A DNA stretch of 64,000 nucleotides from Macrostomum lignano (Eukaryota), in the NCBI GenBank assembly GCA_002269645.1, contig NIVC01000061.1, forward strand, positions 1,138,610-1,202,609, read 5' to 3'. The notes beneath the pieces are model-generated. The model did not search any database. It was not told where the DNA came from and saw only the letters and a list, made by a program, of their open reading frames with translations. Below, piece after piece: positions 14,801 through 27,055 of this stretch. Every line of letters starts with the position of its first letter. Within the stretch, counting starts at the first letter, position 1. Made by a program: the position numbers and the translations under genes.

Positions 14801-16102
14801 CTTTGAAGAGAGAACTGGTAGCAGATTAGCAAAAGTTCATTGCTCTGATAGCTAAGCAGCACAAGAATCAGTTGATGGTGGCCTATAAGTGAGACATTCT
14901 ATATAACATGGTAGATAGAACCATTGGCTACATCTCTGTGGACAAGTGCACTGAGTGGTTCAACCATGTGTTTACATACATCCCTTATTGCCTTAGTGGT
15001 CAGGCAATTGATAGCTAGGTGTTGCAACTAATATTGTCTTGTTCCTATTTTTCATTTTACTCTTATGTTCATCAATTTATTGTGTTTTTATCTATTGAGT
15101 CTTTGTCAAAATAGAATGTGACTTTGTTTCTTTTGAATTTCAAGTTGGCACATGCCTGTCACTTAGGGACAATTTTGGCTACAGATAGTCTGAATTGAAG
15201 TTCTTCTGTTTCAATAGAAAGGGGCTTTGTTTGAATTGAATTTTTGCAAGGGCTGTTACTTCTTAAAGTGTTTCAAAGTGTGTTGCCAATAGAAATAACT
15301 AAATGATTCCCAAGGTTGCCCATATATGAACCAAATACAAGTTGAACATACTAGTAAAAATGTTCAAGTGTAATGAAAATTATTTATTAAAAAATATAAT
15401 TCAAAACTATAAATTTATATGTAAGCCCAAAAATCAAAAAGCAGTCAATGTGTAGATTTTTGACAAAAATGAAAAGAGCAAGTGGTTATTCTTTAGGTTT
15501 GATTTTTTTTTAAATGTTCAATAATAAATGGAAGTTATTTGAATGCCATAGTATAGATCATGCTAAGTGCATGCCCAAATAAAAATTGAATAGTTACAAT
15601 TGCATACCAAAAAAATTGAGTGTATGCTGATACTCTCAAATCTAGGTCAATATTGCAACAATAAAAATGACCTTTTTGACTGATAATTTGGTTATAATTT
15701 TTCTTCCTTGTCAATTGGGCCTACTATTTTTAGCAAAAAATCTATATGCTTAAACATTTGTTTTAATGCCTTATTGTATGCTTTTAGGTTGGGACTCTAT
15801 TTTTGGCATATATCATCAGCCATCCCCAAAAAATCACTCTGGTATACACCTGACACTTTATTGACTATGACAATCAATACCAATGGTCGGCAGTCGGCAC
15901 CCAACACTTGTTCAGTCAAAAAAATTACATATATCATATTTGGTGCATGAAACTTACCTGCAGATTTGTCACTATCAATGCTTGCAGAGTTGACTACAAT
16001 CGAAGTTTTATCCTTGACTAATGCAAAAGCACAGTTAGAAATATAGTGCAGTGAGAGACAAGACATAATGAAAACAAATTGGAATTCATACTTTTGCCAC
16101 AT
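564..16102 (-). CDS. LRP5/6: LRP5/6 (Arrow)-like LDL-receptor-related protein, multi-exon, 3' end beyond window
   Basis: Exons (minus): 16102-15958, 12445-12126, 10986-10618, 10144-9781, 9018-8881, 8183-7757, 7580-7436, 7132-6846, ~6363-5919 (alternative in-frame acceptors near 6397), 5648-5323, 4642-4108, 3076-2491, 2038-1671, 935-564. All are GT..AG and phase-consistent, about 1609 aa. Signal-peptide-like start ([27 protein letters not shown]). YWTD-type motifs (VYWV, IYWM, IYWID, LYWV, LYWM, LYWT). Four EGF modules ([51 protein letters not shown]), then one LDLa ([35 protein letters not shown]). A GCG|GTGAGT donor at 563 implies further exons. Linking exon 1 across the 3.5-kb intron is the least certain part. 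Confidence 0.85.
972..1638. repeat. ~24-26 bp minisatellite GGGGGAGGATTATCGGGGAAGTGACTA
   Basis: Tandem units in LRP intron 1670-936. Confidence 0.95.
2125..2450. repeat. Polypurine (GA-rich) degenerate repeat
   Basis: GGAGAGGGAGAGGGC-type units in LRP intron 2490-2039. Confidence 0.9.
3125..4030. repeat. ~40 bp minisatellite GAGGGCGATTATTACATGGCGATTCTCAAAGGCGGTTTTT
   Basis: Tandem units in LRP intron 4107-3077. Confidence 0.95.
4663..5291. repeat. Two related ~22 bp minisatellites (AGTCAGTTGGTGTCAGACATTT; GTGGGTGTCAGACAATCAGTCA)
   Basis: Tandem units in LRP intron 5322-4643. Confidence 0.95.
5720..5900. repeat. (AGAC)n microsatellite
   Basis: LRP intron 5918-5649. Confidence 0.95.
6457..6725. 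repeat. 19-20 bp minisatellite GGGGTGAAGGGCGGTTGGT
   Basis: LRP intron 6845-6364. Confidence 0.95.
7175..7420. repeat. Degenerate (AGAC)n/(AC)n microsatellite
   Basis: LRP intron 7435-7133. Confidence 0.9.
8233..8835. repeat. 32 bp minisatellite GGGATCTCATGGGGATCAGCTTCCCAGAATCC
   Basis: LRP intron 8880-8184. Confidence 0.95.
9100..9722. repeat. 32 bp minisatellite AGGGATCCGCTACCCCTACTCACCGATACTTC
   Basis: LRP intron 9780-9019. Confidence 0.95.
10990..12112. repeat. 21 bp minisatellite GAGAGTCAGGCACTATTCACT with higher-order structure
   Basis: LRP intron 12125-10987. A variant marker block recurs at 11023, 11148, 11317, 11442, 11567, 11801 and 12077. Confidence 0.95.
12980..15273 (+). mobile_element. 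Decayed Tc1/IS630-type DNA transposon in LRP intron 1, antisense to host
   Basis: Long imperfect TIRs: 12980-13065 plus 13660-13750 match the reverse complement of ~15095-15273. Disrupted transposase ~13840-15018 with HTH ([17 protein letters not shown]), DE-type motif as [10 protein letters not shown], second Asp region VINNASSH, and [13 protein letters not shown]. Stops and frameshifts are present. Confidence 0.88.
13069..13658. mobile_element. MITE-like insertion nested inside the left TIR of the Tc1 element
   Basis: Splits the Tc1 TIR into two colinear halves. Has its own imperfect inverted ends CCCTATAGGAAAAAGTTGTAAAACCGCGG / CCGCGGGTTTTCAACATTTATTCCAATAGGG. No clear TSD; boundaries are uncertain by a few nt. 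Confidence 0.75.
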
Positions 16103-17807
16103 TTGTTATCTGAATTAAGCGGACTGATTCGTGTTTTCAGGATGAAGTATTATTTGCAGACATGGAACGCTGCACTGCAGTGCTAACTAGGCTTAAACTA
16201 ATGAGCCTTATTTTTGGACCTGAAATAATCTTATAATATTACGAATAGACTTATGCTTATGATTATGTATATTTTTGAGTTGCGTTAAAAGGAATATATC
16301 ACTATAGCGTTGCTTAATTAAAGTAAGTTCGGAGAAAATACTCATTTAAACTTTGGTGTTTTTAAAACAAAATAGTAAAACAATCTTTATCATTCATTTG
16401 CAGTAAAAAAATTTCTATAACGATTTTCATTGCTTAATTAGTTAAAATTTTACTTTAAACATAAATTATTCACATTCGTATTCTCTAACAAGAGCTAGGT
16501 AGTTTTACAATGTAAATATATACACAGTACAACTAATCACGATCCTACAAACAAGAAATCGGCTAGCTTTTGAGGCTCATTGACTTACGCTGCCTGACTA
16601 TGGTACATGAGAATAGCTATGAATGAGAAAGTGACAATCGCTTTTCAGAATAGCCAAAGTGATTCTCAATATCGTTCAGAAATGTTCAACTCAGTTATGA
16701 CAATTTTTGCTCACTTGTCGAATTTCAACAAAGTAAAATATTATAATGCACTACATGTATTTTTTGTGCTCTAAAACTTGGCGCCAAGAACAGCTGCTTA
16801 AAACAAAAAGCAAACGCATAACGTCTACGCTACGATATGCGGCGCCAACTTTCTATCCGCCCCCCGCAGTCCATCCAAGGACCACTGTATTATTGAGTCC
16901 TACCATTCCACGAAGTCCTCTAAATCCCTGCACTCTCACGGGAAGGAACGGGCTGATTCTAAAGCAGGACACCTCTAATTGCATACAGGTTACTTTTGCA
17001 CTGTTGCAATTTAGCGCTTTCAACTTGAGCTTAATTACATTTAATTTTGCAACCAAACCGCAACTACGAGCCACCCTCACCCTCTTTATTACTCGTATCA
17101 GCTTTTCATGCATGCAATAAATGGGCATGTATAGTAAATTTTATGTAAATTGTGTGTACTCATGGAAAATATTGCATGCATATAAATGTGTTCCAGCTTT
17201 ATATTGAAGTATAGGGATCGGATAATCGCAAGCAGAACCTACAGTTTGGTGTCACCTTGATATAAGAAATGAATCTACTGGTACAACTTGGTGTCACCAT
17301 TGATAGAAATGAATCTACTGGTACAACTTAATTGGTGTCACCGTTGAGATAGAAATGAACCCACTGGTACAACTTGGCAATTGTGGAATTTCTAAAATAA
17401 GGAACTCAAACCCAGCTCCGACAATATTCCAATAGTCGTATTGGCACGCCCATTGGCAACACATGTATCGACGCCCTTTGGCGCGTCTGACAAAAATGTA
17501 TCGATTTATCCTTGAATCGATTAGTGTACGTACATTACATACATTGTACTGGCTATCACTATTTGTGTACTCGGTAATTACTACTTGTACATATGTGTGA
17601 AAACTTTAAAACACACGCCTGGTAAACTTCTGTTTTATCACGCCTGATGCCGGTTGCTTCATACTTGTACTTTCGAAGTATATCCAGATGGATTTACAGT
17701 ATAGAGGGACATTAGATGTACTTTACTGCATTGGAAAAGTGACGAATTAAACCATAAGTGATCCAAATAATGCTATTCAGCCACTTGAGAACGTGCCGCA
17801 GGCCCAG

Positions 17808-20800
17808 TCAGACTGTCAGTACCTTCCCAGCCAATCGAACGTGATGCGCCAGGTCCCTCAGCTGCCTGTCAATCTCGGCCACCGTAGCGGTGCCCAATGG
17901 CAGCTCAGTCAGCAGGTCGGACAGTCCGGGGAACCGCACTCCACTGGGCTCCCGCGGATGCTTGCCCGAGGTGAACACCAGGTTGGCAACGTAGGGCTGG
18001 CGCGGCTGCCCCCGGCTAGCCAGGAAGCTCTGCGTCGCGCGCATCGCCGCATCGTTGATCCGACGAACGCTGAGGGGACTTCGGCGATCGATGGTCTGCC
18101 TGTCCCAAGCGCTGGCCTGTAGAATTTTATCGTGAAAGATTTTTAGCATTTATGCGCTGAAAGTGAGCTTCTGCATGGCTATTCGACAGTGGGTAGCGTG
18201 TTATGGTTCTGGAGTCAGACAATGGTGGATTGTGTCTGTGGCTTTGGGGTCAGACAATGGTAGATTGTGTCTGTGGCTTTGGGGTCAGACAATGGTAGAT
18301 TGTGTCTGTGGCTTTGGGGTCAGACAATGGTAGATTGTGTCTGTGGCTTTGGGGCCAGACAATGGTAGATTGTGTCTGTGGCTTTGGGGTCAGACAATGG
18401 TGGATTGTGTCTGTGGCTTTGGGGTCAGACAATGGTAGATTGTGTCTGTGGCTTTGGAGTTAGACAATGGTGGATTGTGTCTGTGGCTTTGGGGTCAGAC
18501 AATGGTGGATTGTGTCTGTGGCTTTGGGGTCAGACAATGGTAGATTGTGTCTATGGCTTTGGAGTCAGACAATGGTAGATTGTGTCTATGGCTTTGGAGT
18601 CAGACAATGGTAGATTGTGTCTATGGCTTTGGAGTCAGACCATGGTAGATTGTGTCTATGGCTTTGGAGTCAGACAGTGGTAGATTGTGTCTATGGCTTT
18701 GGAGTCAGACAGTGGTAGATTGTGTCTATGGCTTTGGAGTCAGACAATGGTAGATTGTGTATATGGCTTTGGAGTTAGACAATAAGCAATTGTGCACTCT
18801 CGAGTCAGGAGCAGATGGGTTAATTTAGACCCCAATAAAGTGCCGCAGCGCGTCAAAAGTGGGCACTTACAAAGCATAGCCTTCAAAAGCAAGTGTCCCG
18901 TGATATTAAAAGCCATAAACTTTTGAATATTCATTGATCCCTTGCACTGCCTTCCCTCGGGCTCATACTTAGAGGAAAATTTAAATTAGAATCCCCGCCC
19001 GCACCTGCTGCTGAAAATACGTGACGCTGTCACCCAGGGCTGTCACCGCCGCCTTGAGCTCCGGCATCGCTCCGATTGCACTGCTGCCATTGACGCTGGC
19101 GAAGTATTTCTCCAACTCCAAAGCCGTGTTGCTCATGTTGAGCGCGTACGGCAGCAGGTACTCGTCTGTGAGCTGCCTGACCACCTCGGTGAGCAGTCTG
19201 GCCGACGACAGGTGCGCCTTGAATCCGGGATCAACGTAGGTGTCCACGTAATAGAAGCTTTCGTACCTGTTGCGATTGAGGTAGTCTGTGAGCTGCTTGT
19301 GTTGCAAGAGCTGCTGTGGAGCTCCTGACAATTGAAAGAATAAACATTTGCAGCAGGATTGTGGGCACTTTATTGAGACATCGTCCCGCAACCAGCGCTG
19401 AGGATTGTGGGCACTTTATTGAGACATCGTCCCGCAGCCAGCGCTGAGGATTGTGGGCACTTTATTGAGACATCGTCCCGCAACCAGCGCTGAGGATTGT
19501 GGGCACTTTATTGAGACATCGTCCCGCAACCAGCGCTGAGGATTGTGGGCACTTTATTGAGACATCGTCCCGCAACCAGCGCTGAGGATTGTGGGCACTT
19601 TATTGAGACATCGTCCCGCAACCAGCGCTGAGGATTGTGGGCACTTTATTGAGACATCGTCCCGCAGCCAGCGCTGAGGATTGTGGGCACTTTATTGAGA
19701 CATCGTCCCGCAACCAGCGCTGAGGATTGTGGGCACTTTATTGAGACATCGTCCCGCAACCAGCGCTGAGGATTGTGGGCACTTTATTGAGACATCGTCC
19801 CGCAGCCAGCGCTGAGGATTGTGGGCACTTTATTGAGACATCGTCCCGCAACCAGCGCTGAGGATTGTGGGCACTTTATTGAGACATCGTCCCGCAGCTA
19901 GCGCTGAGGATTGTGGGCACTTTATTGAGACATCGTCCCGCAACCAGCGCTGAGGATTGTGGGCACTTTATTGAGACATCGTCCCACAGCCAGCGCTGAG
20001 GATTGTGGGCACTTTATTGAGACATCGTCCCGCAGCCAGCGCTGGGGCCGTTCTACACATTCCGCTGACTACTGAACAAGCGAGAGATAACTGTACACAC
20101 GCTCACACAGGGTGTAGTGGCCCTGACTGTCTAATCGGCAGGCATGTACACTCTCTGTGGCTTGGGGGCTGGCCCTCGTGGAGGCGAATCGCACAACCCC
20201 CAAGCCAATTTTTGTACAGACAAGCCCCAAATGAATGTGACCGCACACACACTCACTCACACACTCACTCACTCACTCACTCACTCACTCACTCACTCAC
20301 TCACTCACTCACTCACTCACTCACTCACTCACTCACTCACTCACTCACTCACTCACTCACTCACTCACTCACTCACTCACTCACTCACTCACTCACTCAC
20401 TCACTCATTCACTCACTCACTCACTCACTCACTCACTCACTCACTCACTCACTCACTCACTCACTCACTCACTCACACACTCACTCACTCACTCACTCAC
20501 TCACTCACTAACTCACTAACTCACTCACTCACTCACTCACTAACTCACTCACTCACTCACTCACTCACACACTCACTCACTCACTCACTCACTCACTCAC
20601 TCACTCACTCACTCACTCACTCACTCACTAACTCACTCACTCACTCACTCACTCACTCACTCACTCACTCACTCACTCACTCACTCACTCACTCACTCAC
20701 TCACTCACTCACTCACTCACTCACTCACTCACTCACTCACTCACTCACTCACTCACTCACTCACTCACTCACTCACTCACTCACTCACTCACTCACTCAC

Positions 20801-23800
20801 TCACTCACTCACTCACTCACTCACTCACTCACTCACTCACTCACTTACTCACTCACTCACTCACTCACTCACTCACTCACTAACTCACTCACTCACTCAC
20901 TCACTCACTCACTCACTCACTCACTCACTCACTCACTCACTAACTAACTCACTCACTCACTCACTCACTCACTCACTCACTCACTCACTCACTTACTCAC
21001 TCACTCACTCACTCACACACTCACTCACTCACTTACTCACTCACTCACTCACTCACTCACTCACTCACTAACTAACTCACGATCACACACTCACTCACTC
21101 ACTCACTCACTCACTCACTAACTTACTCACTCACTCACTCACAAACTAACTTACTCACTCACTCACTCACTCACTCACTCACTCACTCACTCACTCACTC
21201 ACTCACTCACTCACTCACTCACTCACTCACTCACTCACTCACTCACTCACTCACTCACTCACTCACTCACTTACTCACTCACTCACTCACTCACTCACTC
21301 ACTCACTAACTCACTCACTCACTCACTCACTCACTCACTCACTCACTCACTCACTCACTCACTCACTCACTCACTCACTCACTCACTCACTCACTCACTC
21401 ACTCACTCACTCACTCACTCACTCACTCACTAACTCACTCACTCACTCACTCACTCACTCACTCACTCACTCACTCACACACTCACTCACTCACTCACAC
21501 ACTCACTCACTCACTCACTCACTCACTCACTCACTCACTCACTCACTCACTCACTAACTAACTCACGATCACACACTCACTCACTCACTAACTAACTAAC
21601 TAACTCACTCACTCCTCACTCACTCACTCACTCAGTCACTCACTCACTCACTCACTCACTCACTCACTCACTAACTCACTCACTCACTCACTAACTAACT
21701 CACTCACTCACTCACTCACTCACTCACTCACTCACTCACTCACTCACTTACTCACTCACTCACTCACTCACACACTCACTCACTCACTTACTCACTCACT
21801 CACTCACTCACTCACTCACTCACTAACTAACTCACGATCACACACTCACTCACTCACTCACTCACTCACTAACTTACTCACTCACTCACTCACACACTAA
21901 CTTACTCACTCACTCACTCACTCACTCACTCACTCACTCACTCACTCACTCACTCACTCACTCACTCACTCACTCACACACTCACTCACTCACACACTCA
22001 CTCACTCACTCACTCACTCACTCACTCACTCACTCACACACGCACCTGACGTGGTACATCGGATAGAGCGAGGACTCCTTTGGGTCGGCCCGGAACATGA
22101 TGTCTATGGCCGGGATCGAGGCCAACTCGATGAAGGCCGCGTAGTCCGAGCCACCGATAGGTGTCAACATGCTGTCCATGGCCGACTTTCCATCGGCCCA
22201 CCTGTCTGACCAGGTCTGGCCCATGCTCTTGCCGGGGTTCACCTCCTCCGGCAGGCTGTCCATCAGGGTCTTGGCGAAGTCGCGCAAACTCGGCATGGCG
22301 CTTGTCCGCATCGAGTAGTTGCCAGCCGCTGCGATGTCGATGTTGACGTACGCAACTACCGACTGCGGGTTGGATGGGAGGGGTGATGGGCCTGAGACTG
22401 GACTTGATACGCCGGAGAATAGACTTGATGCACCGGAGAATAGACTTGATGCACCGGAGAATAGACTTGATGCACCGGAGAATAGACTTGATGCACCGGA
22501 GAATAGACTTGATGCACCGGAGAATGGACTTGATACGCCGGAGAATAGACTTGATGCACCGGAGAATAGACTTGATGCACCGGAGAATAGACTTGATGCA
22601 CCGGAGAATTGACTTGATGCACCGGAGAATAGACTTGATGCACCGGAGAATAGACTTGATGCACCGGAGAATAGACTTGATGCACCGGAGAATAGACTTG
22701 ATGCAACGGAGAATAGATTTGATACACCGGAGAATAGACTTGATGCACCGGAGATTAGACGTGATACACCGGAGAATAGACTTGATACACCGGAGAATAG
22801 ACTTGATGCAACGGAGAATAGACTTGATACACCGGAGAATAGACTTGATGCAACGGAGAATAGACTTTATATTGCAAAAGAGTAGAATCGATCGAGCCTT
22901 GGTCTCTGCAGAGGTTTAAAAGTGTGATAAGCACTTCAAAGAAATAGAAACAGCACCAACATCCTTGAGAATCATAAGATTCTCCTCCACGAACTCCCAG
23001 CTGCCGATGAGGCCGTGTTCCTCCCCGTCCCAGGTGCACAGCATGATCGACCGCCTCGGCTTCCATCCAGTGGCCAGCAGGTTCGCCAGCACCTCGCTGA
23101 ACTCCATCAGCACGGCCGTGCCTGAGGACGGGTCCACAGCTCCGAAGCCCCAGGCGTCTCGGTGGTTGCCGACGATCACCCACCTGCGGATGGGAGGATG
23201 GGCCATAGACTCAGCCTAGGGATTGACTGTTGGCTATAAGATCTAGAAGAAGGGGCTTCACGCTTTGAGTGCCCACCTCAAAGGCACAGAGTGTACATGT
23301 CAGACAATGAGAAAGGCAGGACTGCTGTACACCATGTGGGAGCGTGTAGAGCAAGTCTGGGCATGGCTGCTTATTTCCTGGCTGACTATGGGTTCAAAGT
23401 CCAAAGTCCTCTGCAAACTAAGACTAGAGCAGGCCATAAACTAGACATGAAGTAAGATAGACGATAGACTACGTAAATTAAGATAAACCATAGACTACAA
23501 ATAAAATAGGATAAACCATAGACTACACATAAAATAGGATAAACCATAGACTACACATAAAATAGGATAGACCATAGACTACAAATAAAATAGGATAAAC
23601 CATAGACTACACATAAAATAGGATAAACCATAGACTACACATAAAATAGGATAGACCATAGACTACAAATAAAATAGGATAAACCATAGACTACACATAA
23701 AATAGGATAAACCATAGACTACACATAAAATAGGATAGACCATAGACTACAAATAAAATAGGATAAACCATAGACTACACATAAAATAGGATAAACCATA

Positions 23801-26274
23801 GACTACACATAAAATAGGATAGACCATAGACTACAAATAAAATAGGATAAACCATAGACTACACATAAAATAGGATAGACCATAGGCTACACATAAAATA
23901 GGATAGACCATAGACTACACATAAAATAGGATATACCATGGACACATAAAAAGGATAGACCGGACACTCACCTGTCGGGTTCAATATCTCCATGAATTTT
24001 GACGCACACATTTTCAATATCTTTCAAAAAATTCTCCTGATTCACCACCAGCCGCAGTTGTTGATCGCCGGACATTTTCGGGCCCAATCGCATCGGCCGG
24101 CTGAGGTTCATCCCGCTGATGCGGACTCGCCAATCCTCCGGCGCCAGGGCGCCCTCCAGTCTGTCAATGATCTCTCGGGCGTCTGCGTAGCCAATCTGCA
24201 GTGCATAACCGGAGTCTGTTGACTGTCTAACAGGACTCTCTTGACTGTCTAACAGGACTCTCTTGACTGTCTAACAGGACTCTCTTGACTGTCTAACAGG
24301 ACTCTCTTGACTGTCTAACAGGACTCTCTTGACTGTCTAACAGGACTCTCTTGACTGTCTAACAGGACTCTCTTGACTGTCTAACAGGACTCTCTTGACT
24401 GTCTAACAGGACTCTCTTGACTGTCTAACAGGACTCTCTTGACTGTCTAACAGGACTCTCTTGACTGTCTAACAGGACTTTCTTGACTGTCTAACAGGTC
24501 AGAGCCTGCAGCAAAACCCACCGGATACATTGGCAGCGGCGGGCAGACTCCCCTAGCAACGGCGTCGTATCGATAGGCGGTCGCCAAGGACGGATATCCG
24601 GGAGTCGTCGGATCTCCGGATGACAGCATGGCGGAGCCCTTCTGCGTTCCCGTGCCCGGCATCCACTGGCCGTTTGGGAAGGCGGCGCTCTGGTTTTTGG
24701 CCACGTCGGCCGGGTCGGAGAAGATGAGCACTCCGGCCGCGCCGTACTTGGCAGCCGTGACCGCCTTGGCGCCGCGGCCCGAGCGACCGTATCTAGACAA
24801 GGGGAGGGGTTTGTTAGAAAGCAGTGCTGCCTAGAATGCAGTCTGTGTTAAATATATAGTCTAGATTGCTTCGTGGAATACTGTGTACTGCATTGAAAAC
24901 AAGATGCCATAGAATGTTTGCACTGGATTCTTAGAAAGTTTTATTGCTAGGGTAAGGTGGATTGTCAGAATGTTGCGTGTATTGATTAGATAGTTTCTTA
25001 GAATGTACATTTAGCTGTACATGGGATTGCTTGTTTTCCCAGAAAGTAGCATTGATTTCTTAGAAATCGACAGTTTGTTAGCCAGGTACATGTAGGTGTT
25101 TCTTAGAATGAACTGTGTTTTTTTACTCCGGCCCTGTCTCTTGGTGGGCGCTCCTGTCTCTTGTTGGGCGCCCCTGTCTCTTGGTGGGCGCTCCTGTCTC
25201 TTGTTGGGCGCCCCTGTCTCTTGTTGGGCGCCCCTGTCTCTTGTTGGGCGCCCCTGTCTCTTGTTGGGCGCCCCTGTCTCTTGTTGGGCGCCCCTGTCTC
25301 TTGTTGGGCGCCCCTGTCTCTTGTTGGGCGCCCCTGTCTCTTGTTGGGCGCCCCTGTCTCTTGTTGGGCGCCCCTGTCTCTTGTTGGGCGCCCCTGTCTC
25401 TTGTTGGGCGCCCCTGTCTCTTGTTGGGCGCTCCTGTCTCTTGTTGGGCGCCCCTGTCTCTTGTTGGGCGCCCCTGTCTCTTGTTGGGCGCCCCTGTCTC
25501 TTGTCTCTTGTCCAAGAGGTGGCAAAAGTTGAGCTCCTCTAGTTTTGGAGGAGCGCAATTTCTTCGGGGGGGGGGGCATTCTGACCCCCTCCAACGTACG
25601 CCACTGCCTGAAACGAACCTGGTGAGCAGGATGGAACCATTGAGGCTGATTGACAAGTTCTTGGTGAGATGCTGCAGATCAGCCTCCGTGCCGTAATTAG
25701 CGTACACAGCCGGCCCGGTGAGGTCACCGGAAGGCGCATACGCGAGAATCGGGCTAGGGATGTCCGTGTCATTGTCGTGCTCAGTCAGCGGCTTCTCCAC
25801 CGTCTGGCTGGTGAAGTCAACCCGGCTATTGTTTGCGGATCGAATTTCGAATCGAGTTTTCTCGCCGTCCAGCTTCGCCCTTGAGAGTAGAACTCGATAG
25901 ACATGGCTGACCATCTGCACCCGGTCTTTGTGCGCCTGGAAAGTCTTTGTCCAGTGCGACTTCACGTAGTCTTTGGCGGGATCGGTGGCCTGCGTGGCCA
26001 CGTGCGGCCTGGCGGTGATGGCCTTCAGGTGGGCTCGGATCCTCGCCGAGCTCAGCTGGCCCAGGGCTGCGTCCCGGATGCTGGGATCGGCCTCGCGGAT
26101 CAGACGGGCAAAGGCCTCGCCGTCGCCACCGCCTCCGCCGCTGTCGCATCGGCGAACAAAGAAGCCAATGATGAGGAAGATGGTGCCCACCATGAGGCAC
26201 AGGGCCACGATGAGGGCTACGCGGCCCTTGGAGCAGGACTGCTTCTGCGTCTGCCAGTAGGACTTCGCGCGCAT
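17808..26274 (-). CDS. Glutamate carboxypeptidase II / NAALADase-like type II membrane M28 metallopeptidase (FOLH1/NAALAD2 family)
   Basis: Exons 26274-25619, 24792-24522, 24195-23972, 23183-22961, 22362-22046, 19266-19005, 18116-17808 total 2262 nt (753 aa). N-terminal TM (VALIVALCLMVGTIFLIIGFFV), PA domain (VYANYGTEADL, RYGRSGRGAK), and Zn/catalytic motifs GNHRDAW, AVDPSSG, WDGEEHG, VNID, YPMYH matching GCPII. Start at ATG 26274 assumed; an acceptor at 26325 lies 50 nt upstream. Confidence 0.93.
18205..18782. repeat. 35 bp minisatellite TGTGTCTGTGGCTTTGGGGTCAGACAATGGTAGAT
   Basis: GCPII intron 19004-18117. Confidence 0.95.
19352..20043. repeat. 46 bp minisatellite AGGATTGTGGGCACTTTATTGAGACATCGTCCCGCAACCAGCGCTG
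   Basis: GCPII intron 22045-19267, acceptor-proximal part. Confidence 0.95.
20245..22040. repeat. (ACTC)n / (GAGT)n microsatellite, ~1.8 kb
   Basis: GCPII intron 22045-19267, donor-proximal part. Confidence 0.98.
22397..22865. repeat. 21 bp minisatellite GACTTGATGCACCGGAGAATA
   Basis: GCPII intron 22960-22363. Confidence 0.95.
23478..23962. repeat. 28 bp minisatellite TAGGATAAACCATAGACTACACATAAAA
   Basis: GCPII intron 23971-23184. Confidence 0.95.
24218..24500. repeat. 22 bp minisatellite GACTGTCTAACAGGACTCTCTT
   Basis: GCPII intron 24521-24196. Confidence 0.95.
25132..25507. repeat. 20 bp minisatellite GGGCGCCCCTGTCTCTTGTT
   Basis: GCPII intron 25618-24793. Confidence 0.95.
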
Positions 26275-26849
26275 GTTCTTCGCCGAGAAGGTTTTGTGCT
26301 CGAATCCGATAACAAACACTTGGCCTGTACGAGAGCTTAGGCAGCGCTGGCAGTATATCAGTGCCCAGCTGTGACCTTTGAACACGCTGCAGCCGTATGG
26401 GGGCTGCGCAGTTAAGCTGCTATGGGTTCAGCCAAGGACTTTTAGGGAAACAGCACCAGTGGACTGGAAACACGTCTAAACGCGACCCGATTTTGACGCC
26501 TAGTTTGGAAGATATTTCTTAGGCCAGCTACTATTCCCAGAAGTCCTTGGTACGGCTAGGGCGAGGAAGCAGGGGCGACTCTTAAATTTCTTATTGCAGG
26601 GCTTCAGATAAGAGCTGCTTTCTGCGTGCAGCTCAGTGACTTTGGCACTGTGGGGCAGACTTGGTCTCTTATCGAAGCGAATATCGCTTGAAGTTTTCTC
26701 GTTTTTTTCATTCCATTCTACCGGCTTTTACAATTCGCAAGACCTCGGATTGCTGTCGACTTTGAGTGACTCAAAAAACAAAAATATTATTTTATTTTTT
26801 CTGGCTTTATCGCCACTTGCTCCAATTTAAACGGCCATTGTTGTAAACA

Positions 26850-27055
26850 GGTAGACCTCAGTCCGGGTAGACCTCGGTCAGGTACAGGTAGACAGTCAGT
26901 CAGGTAGACATCAGTCAGGTAGACAGTCAGTCAGGTAGACATCAGACAGGTAGACATCAGACAGGTAGACATCAGACAGGTAGACATCAGTCAGGTAGAC
27001 ATCAGACAGGTAGACATCAGACAGGTAGACATCAGTCAGGTAGACATCAGTCATT
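26850..27055. repeat. 15 bp minisatellite AGGTAGACATCAGAC
   Basis: FLOT2-GCPII spacer. Confidence 0.9.

Noticed and set aside
17245-17380. Three degenerate ~45-bp direct repeats between GCPII and LRP
   Set aside because: Too short and decayed to assign a function; noted only.
19352-20043. CRISPR-like appearance of regular 28-46 bp repeats
   Set aside because: Units are head-to-tail with no unique spacers and no cas genes, in a eukaryotic intron context.
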